Of a stretch of 33,600 nucleotides of DNA, positions 22,917 through 33,469 are shown one piece after another; the stretch's first letter is position 1, and each line of letters begins with the position of its first letter. Source of the stretch: Octopus sinensis (Eukaryota); assembly GCF_006345805.1 (NCBI RefSeq), contig NW_021831981.1, positions 1-33,600 of the forward strand, in the 5' to 3' direction. The position numbers were made by a program, and so were the translations under genes. The notes under the pieces were generated by a model that was not told the DNA's origin, did not search any database, and saw only the letters and a list, made by a program, of their open reading frames with translations.

Positions 22917-24280
22917 ATGGATGACCACTACCTAGTGGAGGAGTCGAAGGAGGAATGGATATTTGAGAGCTTGTCGGAGACGTCGAACTCTGAAGACGAG
23001 CAAATCGGTGATGTAAATAATGTGGAGATAAAAAACAGGAAAACGTACGCAGGAGTTGCAAAAAAGAAGACGGAACAGGAAAAAGAAATAAACCTAGAAA
23101 AATTGCCAGGTTTCCAGAGGTATATGAGGAAGGACAGCGGCGAGGTGGAACTGGAACCACCACCAAAGAGAAAGGAATGGTACAATAAAAGGACCATAAT
23201 TTACAGGGTGTTCGCGAACGAAAGAAAGAAAATAGAAATTATAAACATGGAATGGATAGAGGAGGCCCTGAGAAGATCGGAGGAGGAAATCATTTTTCTG
23301 ACTCGAGGATCGAAGTACGGTACTGTAGTGGTACATTTTAAAAGCGAGACTGCAGCGAGGAAGATGGCGGTGAAGACAGTGAAGTCAGAAAAGGTAACAC
23401 TTTTACCAATGTACTTGAATAGAAGGATACACGAGTAAGGGTGGAGGGAGTGCCACCAAACGTTGAGGCTGAGTGGATTGTGGCGGCTGTGATCAGCGGC
23501 CACGAGGAGAAAGTGGATATTCTCCATGCCTCGGTCAAGACCGAGGGCTGGAGAGGCGTAATAGTGGAGCTGAACGTGCAGGCGGAGAGCGAGGTACTGG
23601 TGGACCTGGCGGAGAGCATTAAATTGGGAGACGTGATTATGAGAGTGTGGGTGGAGGGCAGAGCTCCACGTTGTTACAAGTGTGGCCTGAGGGGCCACAT
23701 AAGAGCCTTCTGCCCTCCCCCACCAAGAGAAAAGGAAATCGTTGAGGAAACTCCAAAAGAGGAGGCCCCAAAAGAAGAAGAAATTAAAGAGAAGCAGACG
23801 GAAAGGGAAATGACAGAGGAGGAGGAGATGCAAAAAGAGTGTGAGGAGGGCAGAAAGAAGAGAAAAGGAAAGAAAAGGAAAAAACTGTGCGAAGCCCCAA
23901 CCCACCCCAATACCACCCACACCCTTGGAGACCCATCCTGCCCCGCAAACAGCAATCCCACCCACTCCCCGCCTACAAGAAAAACGAAAACAGACACACA
24001 GAACATACAAAAGCCCCAGTCCTACTTTTTATGTGTTGTGGGGAAGGGGGATACTGAGAACGCAAGAAGGCTTTTTGAAGACGATGTATGGCAGGAGTAT
24101 GAGGATGGAAGCTATGCGGTATTCGATTTTGAACTCATGGGCTCTTTGATGAGCAAGTGCAATGAACTACGTATAAATTGTTTATCAGCATTTATGAAGG
24201 ATGATATGATAGAGAGATATGAGAGAGAAATGAAAGGTGAGGTGAAAAACTTTGGAATCGTGATAGGAACGGAAAGGTAA
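22917..24280 (+). pseudogene. LINE ORF1p-like RNA-binding protein (~454 aa; RRM-like segments, CCHC zinc knuckle), one frameshift at ~23429
   Basis: ORFs 22917-23438 and 23441-24280 join by restoring one base (..YLNRRI[T]RVRVEGVPP..). TYAGVAK motif; RNP-like GTVVVHF; VWVEGRAPR-CYKCGLRGHIRAFC (CX2CX4HX4C, 23672-23713); Glu/Lys-rich linker. Confidence 0.85.
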
Positions 24281-24312
24281 GTGATGCTGGCGGAGGGGGC
24301 CGTTAGCATCGC
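24281..24312 (+). other. 13-bp stem hairpin immediately after the ORF1 stop codon
   Basis: GTGATGCTGGCGG-AGGGGG-CCGTTAGCATCGC (10 Watson-Crick and 3 G-U pairs). Confidence 0.6.
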
Positions 24313-24681
24313 TTTCATGTTATCATTTTTTCATTTTAACATTCATTTAATCATAATTTTAATCGCATTGTTTATGTCCCCCATGTTTTGTAATGTTCCC
24401 TCTTCGTGGCCCCTAGTGGGTAATAAAGAAATAGACCAACATGTGTCCCCGCTACCGAAACGGTAATTATTTCTACGCCAGCTATGTTGTTGTTGTTGTT
24501 TTGTCTCATTTGGTCTAAAGTCGTATGACAACCACCGTTATATATATTTTGTTTATTCATTACTGTTTTCAATTTCGTTTTCGTCTCTTGTATTCACATC
24601 CGTCTTGTGCGTTCACATTCCTGTCTTCTACCAAGAAATCTAATGCTTACAGCTTAGTTTTTTTCTTGGGCTGGCCGAGTT

Positions 24682-24829
24682 GGAGCAAATATCAGAATTG
24701 AACAGCCGAAATTTGCTATGATGATTCGGTGTCTGACTGAAGATTGAAGGCTTCGAATGATTTGTCTGTGTTCCGTGTTCGTCCCTTCCTGTATTTCACG
24801 TTCATATATATAAAAACATTCTCTTATAT
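24682..24829 (+). repeat. Right copy of ~150-bp direct repeat (putative PLE pseudo-LTR), followed by (TA)n
   Basis: Identity to 22236-22386 read directly. Confidence 0.9.
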
Positions 24830-25031
24830 ATATATATATAATTATATATATATATATATATATAATATATATTAAAATATTATTAGAGACAAAACCACTA
24901 TTTTGCAAAACAAACAAGGAAAGACTTAATCAATACATAAAATTTTAATAAATAGTCAAAAAAACCGCATGAATAATCAAAATATGTATATATTTATGGC
25001 ACACATATATATATATGTATATATATATATA

Positions 25032-25070
<39 letters not shown>

Positions 25071-25156
25071 TATGTAGTATATTACAAAAATAACATATTA
25101 TACACACATACAAATATATATATATATAATATATATATATATATTACATATATATA

Positions 25157-25661
25157 CAGTAATCATTCGCCATATCGCGATTCGCCTATCGCGCACTTAG
25201 TAAGTACCTCGCGGATTTTTCTGGCTAATAAATGTATATTCATATCGCGGACTCGTCAGTATATCGTGGGTTTCTGCGGCCGACAGGTATTTATATTTTT
25301 CTTAGATTTTAATTATTCATGTGGTAAAAGAAGCATTTTCGCGTATAAAATTAATGAATTCATAAATAAAAATACAGTGCAGTACTACACTGTATATCAC
25401 ATTAAAATATATTAAAAGAAAATACGTAGTGTACCGTAGATGAGAAAACAAAGAATCGTACATATTGTATGGAAAACGGAAGTCGGGAGGCAAGTGTAGA
25501 ATGTTGTTTTGCATTTATAATAAAATAAGTATATACAAATTATAAAAATAAAACAATATATAGCACAGTACTGTTTCTACTTCGCGGGGTTTCACCTATC
25601 GCGGGTGGGGGGTGGGGACATGTTTTGGAACGTAACGTCCGCGTTAGTCGAAGGATTACTG
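25157..25661. mobile_element. Tc1/mariner (Tigger/pogo-like) MITE, 505 bp
   Basis: TIRs CAGTAATCATTCG / CGAAGGATTACTG (12/13 match); TA on both sides; subterminal TTC(G/A)CCTATCGCG repeats. Confidence 0.85.
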
Positions 25662-25875
25662 TAACTTACTTATTAATACACATTTTGAACTGAAATTTCT
25701 CAGATATATTTCTAAACAGGTAAATGACGGATAATGCTGGTGAAATAAAAAAAAAGGCTTTCGAATTTCTTGTTTTATTCAGAAAAATAAAGAGGCATTT
25801 TAGTTGTGTGATAACTTGTCTATGCTCACAGCACGTGAAGAAAAACGAAACAAAACAAAAAAAAAAGCAGTAATA

Positions 25876-26270
25876 ACAAGAGCATTCAGAGAGCGCAAAC
25901 CTCTGCCAAGGCAACACCAACGTCCTCTCAACGATTAGCCAGAGATGATTTTTAAAATGAGAATATCAAAAATAAACTCAACTGTTCTCACAAACGAGAA
26001 TACTAAAAATGAACCCGATTGCTCTCGAAAATTAATTAAAAAGCAACAACAAAAAAAAAAAACGGAAAAATAATCCAGAAATCCTTGTCCGGTACCGGAT
26101 CGATCCCCAAATCTAATCAGTTCGTGCCAGTCACAAGACCAAACATCTCTGAAAGTTTCATTCGGATCCATCCAGCGGTTCTTGAGATATGCTGTCCACG
26201 GACAGAGAAACAAACAAACAAACACGACTGAAAAACAACGCCTCTACCTCCGCTAGGGCGGAGGTAATAA
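25876..26270 (-). mobile_element. Non-autonomous Helentron/HINE element
   Basis: Reverse strand begins ATTACCTCCGCCCTAGCGGAGGT (hairpin 26247-26266) followed by (GTTT)n; ends GCCTTGGCAGAGGTTTGCGCTCTCTGAATGC (subterminal inverted repeat plus hairpin). Confidence 0.75.
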
Positions 26271-26287
26271 GCGGATTGATATTCTTT

Positions 26288-26445
26288 GAGGCTGTGTGAT
26301 TAAGAAGCTCGCTTTGCCATCACAGGGTTCCGAGTTCAGTCCCACTATGTAATATTTTGGGTGACTTCCACTATAGCCCCCGGACCGGCCAATGCCTTGT
26401 GAGTGAAATTGGTTGACGGGAATCGCATGGAAGAGATACATACAT
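26288..26445 (+). mobile_element. 5' half of a family 1 SINE (its 3' half is probably 27175-27370)
   Basis: GAGGCTGTGTGATTAAGAAG..GGTTCCGAGTTCAGTCCCACT..CTATAGCC..GCCTTGTGAGTG. Confidence 0.75.
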
Positions 26446-26514
26446 ACAAACATGTATACATACATACATACATACATACATACATACATACATACATACA
26501 TACATACATACACA

Positions 26515-26750
26515 CTAGGTTTTGTTTGTAAAGGTTTAAAGGGGGATCTGGATAAACTGGGATTTTCAGAAAGAGAAATCAACCGGCTGATTCGTACATT
26601 ATAAGTGCAATCTGTGAGTGGAACAGTAAAAATATACAAGACTTTTCTCAAGTTCCAAATGTGAATTTGTCTGTGTTAACTATATCCCAAAGATGAGAGC
26701 CTTGTACCTTTGTTGGAAATCGGTTCCCTCCTCAGTGGAAGATTTATAAT
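26515..26750 (+). mobile_element. 3' end of an R4/Dong-like (restriction-like endonuclease) non-LTR retrotransposon
   Basis: 26515-26664 reads LGFVCKGLKGDLDKLGFSEREINRLIRTL*VQSVSGTVKIYKTFLKFQM*, fitting the RLE C-terminal pattern LG.V...L...L.KLG...LQ.....GT.KI...L. One premature TAA lies at the conserved Q; a short 3'UTR follows. Confidence 0.65.
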
Positions 26751-26765
26751 ATTCTTTTATTTTAT

Positions 26766-26938
26766 TTGTTTCAGTCATTTGACCGCGACCATGCTGGAGC
26801 ACCGCTTTTAGTTGAACAAATCGCCCCCAGCACTTATTCTATCGGTCCCTTTTGCCGAACCGCTAAGTTACGGGGACGTAAACACGCCAACATCGGTTGT
26901 CAAGCGATGGTGGGGAGACAAGCACAGACACACAAACA

Positions 26939-26977
<39 letters not shown>

Positions 26978-27110
26978 CGGGCTTCTTTCAGTTTCCGCCA
27001 ACCAAGGCTTCGGTCGGCCTGGGAGTATAGTAGAAGACACTTGCCCAAGTGCCACGCAGTTGGACTGAACCCGGTAAGCAAACTACTTACCACACAGCCA
27101 CTCCTGCGCC
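26766..27110 (-). mobile_element. Family 1 SINE, near full length
   Basis: Reverse strand GGCGCAGGAGTGGCTGTGTGGTAAG..GGGTTCAGTCCAACTGCGTGGCACTTGGGCAAGTGTCTTCTACTATA; central (TG)n; 3' half; A-rich tail. Confidence 0.9.
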
Positions 27111-27174
27111 TACGCAGTTAAAAAATAGAAGAGATATACATACTAATGAGTATGTGCGTGAGGGTGTGGGGGAG

Positions 27175-27370
27175 TAGGTGTCTTTGTCTTTACCTCACCA
27201 CCGCTTGACAACCGGTGTCGGTTTGTATATGTCCCGGTAACAATAGCAGCTCGGCAAAAGATACCAATAGAATCGTACCAAACTTAAACGAATTTGTACT
27301 AGGATCGATTTGTTTGACTAAAGCCTTTCATGCGATGTCCCAGCATGGCCGCAGTCCAATGATTGAAAGA
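27175..27370 (+). mobile_element. 3' half of a family 1 SINE
   Basis: CCGCTTGACAACCGGTGTCGG..GGATCGATTTGTTTGACTAA..CCAGCATGGCCGCAGTCCAATGA. Confidence 0.8.
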
Positions 27371-27661
27371 TCATAAAAATATCTGATGAAAAAATGTAAA
27401 AATCATTAAAAAAAAAAAGAACAGTAGAATATAAAAAAAAATAATAAAGCAAAAAGATATCCTACTAAAATCAGATTCTCTTCGAAATTCTTTGGACAGA
27501 ATGTCATTATCTCGCCATCTATTCAATGAGTCAAACATCATGTGACTGGTAGGACGTAGAGCTGATGAGGAATGGTGGATTGTCTCCCTTGCTGCTGAAG
27601 AGAAAAAGGAAACGAAACTAAATCCAGTGAATCAGAGATTGTATTTTTTGTGTGTGTGTGT

Positions 27662-27705
<44 letters not shown>

Positions 27706-27803
27706 GTGTGTGGTGTGTGCGTGCGTGTGTGTTCGTGCGTGTGAATGTATACGAGTGAGCGAACGAACGAACGAAAGCAAGTAACATTCCGCACATTTCG
27801 TAG

Positions 27804-27890
27804 GAGCTACATATAATTTTGATAGCAGCTCCAAGCATCTGATGCGACGGACGTGTTCTATGCACTCACGAAACTTCAAGCTATGTGGAG
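27804..27890 (+). CDS. Candidate 87-nt symmetric (phase 1-1) coding exon: (G)ATYNFDSSSKHLMRRTCSMHSRNFKLCG
   Basis: Acceptor CATTCCGCACATTTCGTAG|G and consensus donor GAG|GTGAGT; only the phase-1 frame is open. Alternative acceptors at TAG/CAG (about 27825/27828) would give (Q)LQASDATDVFYALTKLQAMW. Confidence 0.3.
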
Positions 27891-28479
27891 GTGAGTCAAA
27901 CTGTTATCAAAACAAAAGATTATTCCCCATTACACATGTTTCATTTACTAAGATTTTATTAATAAAATATTGTGATTCTCTATCTGAAGAATTTCTAATA
28001 GGAGATATCTTACATGTTTTTCGTACATGTACAACTTTGTAGCGCCTATTAGAAAATGAAACACGTGTAATGTTGAATAGGCAATACCAGTATTTTTTAT
28101 ATATATTCTCCTGTTCTGATATGTAATTACTCTGTAAAACATATTTCCCAGAATTTTCAAATCCTACGCGTATACTATCTACATAAAACTTTGTAGTACT
28201 GAAATAAGCGGGCATGCCTCAAGAGGTGACAGCTATATGCAAATTATCTATTTTATACATGTATCTATAACATTCATTATACACTCTGTGTGTATGTATA
28301 TGTTTTTTGATTTCTTGGATTCTAAAGGCTTCATTGGAATTCATTGGAAATAGAATTTAGAAGTCAAAAGTAGCCATGACAAGTTTTCGTGGTCTAAACT
28401 TTAGAGAAGTCTCGCATACTTTGACTGTTCCGTGTATTGATTCAATTTGTGGAATATATGTCCAAGAAACCCCTAATTT

Positions 28480-29170
28480 TTATTAATAAGTACCGATGAT
28501 TTAACCTTTCGATCCTGGAGAGAAGAAATGTAAAATTTACTACGGTGGAATTTGAACTCGGGACCTAATGAACCGTAAGTAAACAGCACAATGATTCATT
28601 TGTATTTGTCAGTGGTCACAAGCCTTCCAAGTTTTGACAAAAAGCCAGCAGTCTTCGGGGTGGGTGTAGTCGATTACACCTTCTTCAGGGCTCAACTGGT
28701 TCTTATTTCATCGTTCCCGAAAGAATGAAATGCAAAGTCGACCTCAGAGAAATTTGAGCTCAAAATACTGGAAGAAATGACATTAAGCATTTTGTCCAGC
28801 GTGCTAACGATTGAGCCAGCTCGCCGCCATGTTGTATAGTTGTAATAGCCCCTTCTAACATTAAGCACAAGCCCTGAAATCTTAGTGAATGGAGCAGGTC
28901 GATTATATCGGCTCCAGAATTCAACTGGTACTTATTTCATAAACCTCGAAAGGATGAAGGGCAATGGAGTGACCCGGAGGAATTTGAACTCAGAACAGCT
29001 GTTAATAATAATTTTTCATACTATAGGTACAAGGCTTGAACTTTCGGGGGGAAAGGCAGGTGGGGTGGAGGGTTAAGTCGATCACATCGTCCCCAGTACT
29101 TAACTGGTACTTTATTGACCCTGAAATAGATGAAGGACAAGGTCGACCTCGGTGGAGTTTGAACTCTAAA
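28480..29170 (-). mobile_element. Four co-oriented family 2 SINE copies or fragments (about 28480-28565, 28655-28828, 28846-28995, 29010-29170)
   Basis: Each contains the reverse complement of GAGTTCAAA(T/C)TCC..GAGGTCGAC..CCTTTCATCC..AATAAGTACCAG or part of it; 28655-28828 retains the GGCGGCGAGCTGGC head. Confidence 0.8.
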
Positions 29171-29210
29171 CGGCTGTTAGTAGTAATAGCATTAGTTATA
29201 ATTGTCGTTA

Positions 29211-29271
<61 letters not shown>

Positions 29272-29487
29272 GGTGGTGGCGGGTTTAAGTATCCGGTGTC
29301 TATGTCTTACACATGGATATTCTTGATGTGGTTCAGTAATTTTACAAGTGTTTCAATATGTTCAATGATCGACTCAGCAATAAAAGGGGAGAAAAAGTAG
29401 GGGTAATGGTAGGGGGTAATGGCGGTGGGAGAGGTGGACTAGGGGATAATTACTGCAGTTATTAATAAAGAAGCACGGAATGTGTAA

Positions 29488-29700
29488 GGCTGCGAGCTGG
29501 CAGAATCGTTTGCACGTTGGACGAAGAAACGCTTTAGCGCCATTTCTTTCGACTCTTTACGCTCCCAGTTCAAATCCCGTGCAAGGCCCAACTTTACTTT
29601 ACATCTTTTGAGGATCGATAAATAAGGTAGCAGTCAAGTTTTGGGCTCAATGTAATCAGATAGCCTCTCCCTCCTTAAAAATTTCTGGCCTGGAACCCTG
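29488..29700 (+). mobile_element. Family 2 SINE, full length, opposite orientation to the adjacent cluster
   Basis: GGCTGCGAGCTGGCAGAATCGTTTGCACG..CAGTTCAAATCC..GATCGATAAATAAGGTAGCAG..AAAATTTCTGGCC. Confidence 0.8.
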
Positions 29701-29799
29701 CAACGAACTGGCTTTTCTTTCTGAGAGATTGTTGTGATCTCGGTTACTTACTCGGTTACACCAAAACGGGTACATCGATCTTACGAATACTAGGGCTAA

Positions 29800-30135
29800 A
29801 GAAAAGAAAGTTGGGGCTGGTCGTTTTAAGTCATGGGTATTGTTTTCTATGAAACCGAAAGCTGGACTATGATGAAAGGGCTTCAAGATTTCTTTGACAG
29901 TTCATAAGCCAAGATTCTTGTAAGCTTTCAAAGAATCTCACGGCGTGATTTATGGAAACATTCCACCCAGCTTTTACGACTGCAGCTCAAAAAGCTGTTT
30001 GGGGTTTAATGCCAGGATATAGAGGTTGTTGTATTTCGGAGACTTATGCCCTGTAATGGCAGATGAAGACCTAAATTACTTTGATGTTATGCACAGTCAC
30101 ATGACACGAAACTGAAGACTTAAAACAAGGTATTA
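29800..30135 (+). mobile_element. Decayed RTE-clade LINE, C-terminal (post-RT) coding fragment
   Basis: 29845 onward reads FYETESWTMMKGLQDFFDSS*AKILVSFQRISRRD (cf. RTE-type LLYGSETWT.T..L...LD...TR.L....ISW), then after frameshifts YGNIPP (29951-68) and RPKL (30067-78; cf. GRP motif). Confidence 0.55.
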
Positions 30136-30252
30136 AGAGGGAAGAGGCAAAGGTTTATGGCAAGGTGTGGGAAAACCCATCTTGATGTCACCGTTGAAAA
30201 GTTATATAAATATATACTGTGTGTGTACATATTTACATATGTGTGCGTATAC

Positions 30253-30307
<55 letters not shown>

Positions 30308-30779
30308 ACATATGTATATATACATACATACAACTACTCTCAGAGTGTATGTGAGAAAGTACATAAGTGATTTTACGGACTTAATAGTCACGTGCTAAAG
30401 ATTTATATATGCTTTTGTCTATATCACATACACATATATACTTTCAAATATGTATATATATATACAATCACACAAGCATATAATACAGGCAAGTATATGC
30501 ATTTAATACACACACACACATACACACACATCGGGCGGCTTTTAAGCTAGCTCCTGTGGAGAGCTCTTCATTGGGTCTTGGGCCCAACAATGAGACTTCC
30601 TGCTTTGAGTACATATTAAATTTTATTAAACTTGACCAATATTTTTCAAGCAATGAACATTTTTCGTTAAAACAATATAATTTGTCGACTTGGAACTGAT
30701 TGCAAAGCTGCATGATAAACAACAGTTTTCGTCTTCCCATTCGGGGGTCAGTACAATTATCTTTTCTGTCTAACCTCTT

Positions 30780-30805
30780 TCTCTTTCTCTCTTTCTATCA
30801 CTCCA

Positions 30806-30839
<34 letters not shown>

Positions 30840-31773
30840 CCTCTCTCTCTCTGTTGATTGTTTTCAACCATTACCATCACCAAGACCACCACCACCATCG
30901 CCACCACAACTACCATATACAAACCATTCAGACTTCTGACGCCACCGCCATCAATACCTTTGACTCTGCTACCTTTCCCTCCACCACCATCACCACTGTC
31001 TTTCGCATCACTTACTATCACCGTCATCCCTGACCGCCTCGGCTACCACCACCACCACCATCACCGTCGCCTCCGCCTCTATCACAACTACAGCTCATAC
31101 TATTACCATCACCCCATTACCATTGCAACAGTCAATCTACTACCACCCTCACCGTCTCTATGCCTACTATTACTCTCATCTCAGCAGGAGGAATAGTAGA
31201 AGTGTCATTGAATAGTGTGAGGGAAGGTTAAAGTGTGATACACTGACACACTGAAATTCGTTTTGGTATTTATTATAGATGTGCATACATACGTACATAA
31301 ACGCACACAGGCAAACCCGCACACACATACACACACAGACATACATATACACGTACACATATCCGTACGCACGCTCATTCACGCAAACATAATTACACAA
31401 AAGCACAAGCTTCAGCACAGTTTCCATCTCCATATCGATCATACTCCCCATTCACAAGATATTGGTCAACTATAATAGTTCCTGAGGAAACTCAAATTCC
31501 CATGAGTCTCTCAGATTCCTGGCAGCCATTATACCGAAGAATCGGCACCTAATAATTATCCTTCAGCCTGTATTCTGTAGCATTTGATATTTTCTATCAC
31601 CTAGCATTAAGAAACGGCTATCTAATATCATGTTAAATATTGCATTCTTCATTCTTCATTCCCACCCCTAACTTTTTTTTTTTATCAATTCCAATTCCCC
31701 AGTTCCATGTGTTTCAATCAAAAATCCCACACATCATTTTATTTCCCAACACCGATTTACTATTTTGTTGTTG

Positions 31774-31842
<69 letters not shown>

Positions 31843-32388
31843 TTTTTTTTCTTCCTTCCCCCACCGCTCATTTTTATCGTATATATTTCCACCTCTCAAT
31901 GTTTCTATCACTGTGCGTTTCGTACCTCCGCGTAATTGTATGCGCGATCGTCCGTATGTATGTAAAGATATTTATGGCCGTATAAATGCATATATAATAT
32001 ATACGTTTAACATATTAATATATACGTGTGTGTGTGTATGTATATGTGTGTGTGTGGTGTATAATGTATATATATAATATATATATATATAATAATATAT
32101 ATATATACACACACACACAAACACATATATGCAGATATGCACGTGCGTTACATACACACACACATTCACACACACTACATACGCGCCACACACATACAAA
32201 GATTCACGTGCGTGCATATGTGCGTGTATTTTATATAATATAATATATATATTATATATATATACTAACATATACATATATAAATATATATATATAACAT
32301 GTATATATTACATGTATGTATGTATATATATATACACACAAACATATAACAAATATATATACGTAAACATACACATATATATACAAAC

Positions 32389-32420
<32 letters not shown>

Positions 32421-32660
32421 ATGTGTGAATATATACACGCAATAAGTGTACACCTACACATACATATATGTGTATATATATTTCTATATATGCACAAGTA
32501 TATATATATACAATGTATATGAATAAACACACACATATATACACACATACGTACATATATACTTACCTATCTACCTACGTTTCTAGCTACTACCTACAAT
32601 CATCCATCCAGCCTTCTATCCATGCATGCTTGCATGCATACATAGATATATAAACACATA
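30780..32660. repeat. Mixed (CT)n, (CAC)n, (TTA)n, (TA)n, (CA)n simple repeats with short unique islands
   Basis: Direct reading. Confidence 0.85.
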
Positions 32661-32850
32661 TCTTGCGTGATGTACGTCTAGGAGCACGTGAATGTGTTTG
32701 CGCATGTGTATCGGCGGAGATGTATTTATTCCACTTTGCGAACAACATTACACTTCATTCATCTCCCTTTTGTACAGAATTCTGTATAATCTGCCTCTGA
32801 CATATTACTTAAAGTAACACCGCTGTTGTCTGTTATCGGCTGTATTTCTA

Positions 32851-32960
32851 TCACGATAGCCTATTGGAGAATGGAGACACAACGGGCGCCATTGTGTTGT
32901 TCGCCATCTTGTTTTTGTCATCTGCTCTTGTCATTGTTTTGATTTCGCCATTCAGACCAT
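32851..32960 (-). CDS. Candidate terminal coding exon (phase 1): (D)GLNGEIKTMTRADDKNKMANNTMAPVVSPFSNRLS*
   Basis: Minus-strand acceptor GTTACTTATTTTAAG| at 32961; 110 nt to the TGA; non-repetitive, CpG-containing island. No homology recognised. Confidence 0.25.
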
Positions 32961-33272
32961 CTTAAAATAAGTAACACCACACAAAAACTCTGAGCATTGA
33001 TAAAATCGCCCAGCTAAAAAAAAGAAAAAGGAGAATAGGGAGTGTGAAGCATTTTGGCACAGCTGTTTTGATGCCGTTTATCTGGCGTCGCTTATTCGAC
33101 GCTGACTTATTTGACCTCAGACATTTTAGCGTCCCTCTTTCTCTCATACTATCTTTCTCCTTTCTATATCTTTGTATATGAGTATAATAAGGTATATGAA
33201 TATGTGTATATCTTATGGATATATATATCTATCTATTTCTCTTTCTGTCTGTCTGTCTACCCATCCATCCAC

Positions 33273-33361
<89 letters not shown>

Positions 33362-33469
33362 GTCTGTCTGCCTGCCTGTCCCTCTGGCTATCTTATCTAT
33401 CTGCCTATCTATTCATCTATCTATCCATTAATCTGTATATGTGTGTCAGTGCATGTGAGTATGTGTATA

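Larger units (their letters stand above)
22721..24433 (+). mobile_element. 1713-bp L1/Tx1-like non-LTR retroposon carrying ORF1 only (HAL1-like organisation)
   Basis: 19-bp TSD GAC(A/C)AACATGTGTCCCCGC at 22702-22720 and 24434-24452; 5' end GGATCAGTT; 3' end AATAAAGAAATA; single gag-like ORF; no endonuclease or RT coding sequence between the stop (24280) and the tail. Confidence 0.8.

Noticed and set aside
22236-24829. LTR retrotransposon / TRIM interpretation of the 150-bp direct repeats around a gag-like ORF
   Set aside because: There are no TG..CA termini, PBS, polypurine tract or 4-6-bp TSD; the ORF has its own TSD and AATAAA tail.
27562-27630. CTGATGA and CTGAAGA..GAAA motifs, and a peptide ADEEWWIVSL
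   Set aside because: Stems I-III cannot be formed and position 17 would be G, so it is not a hammerhead. Splice sites are weak and the peptide matches no domain I recognise.
31395-31486. Minus-strand candidate exon (TTTCCTCAG| GTIIVDQYLVNGEYDRYGDGNCAEACAFV*)
   Set aside because: The polypyrimidine tract is short, the frame is brief, there is no homology, and it runs into simple repeat; indistinguishable from chance.
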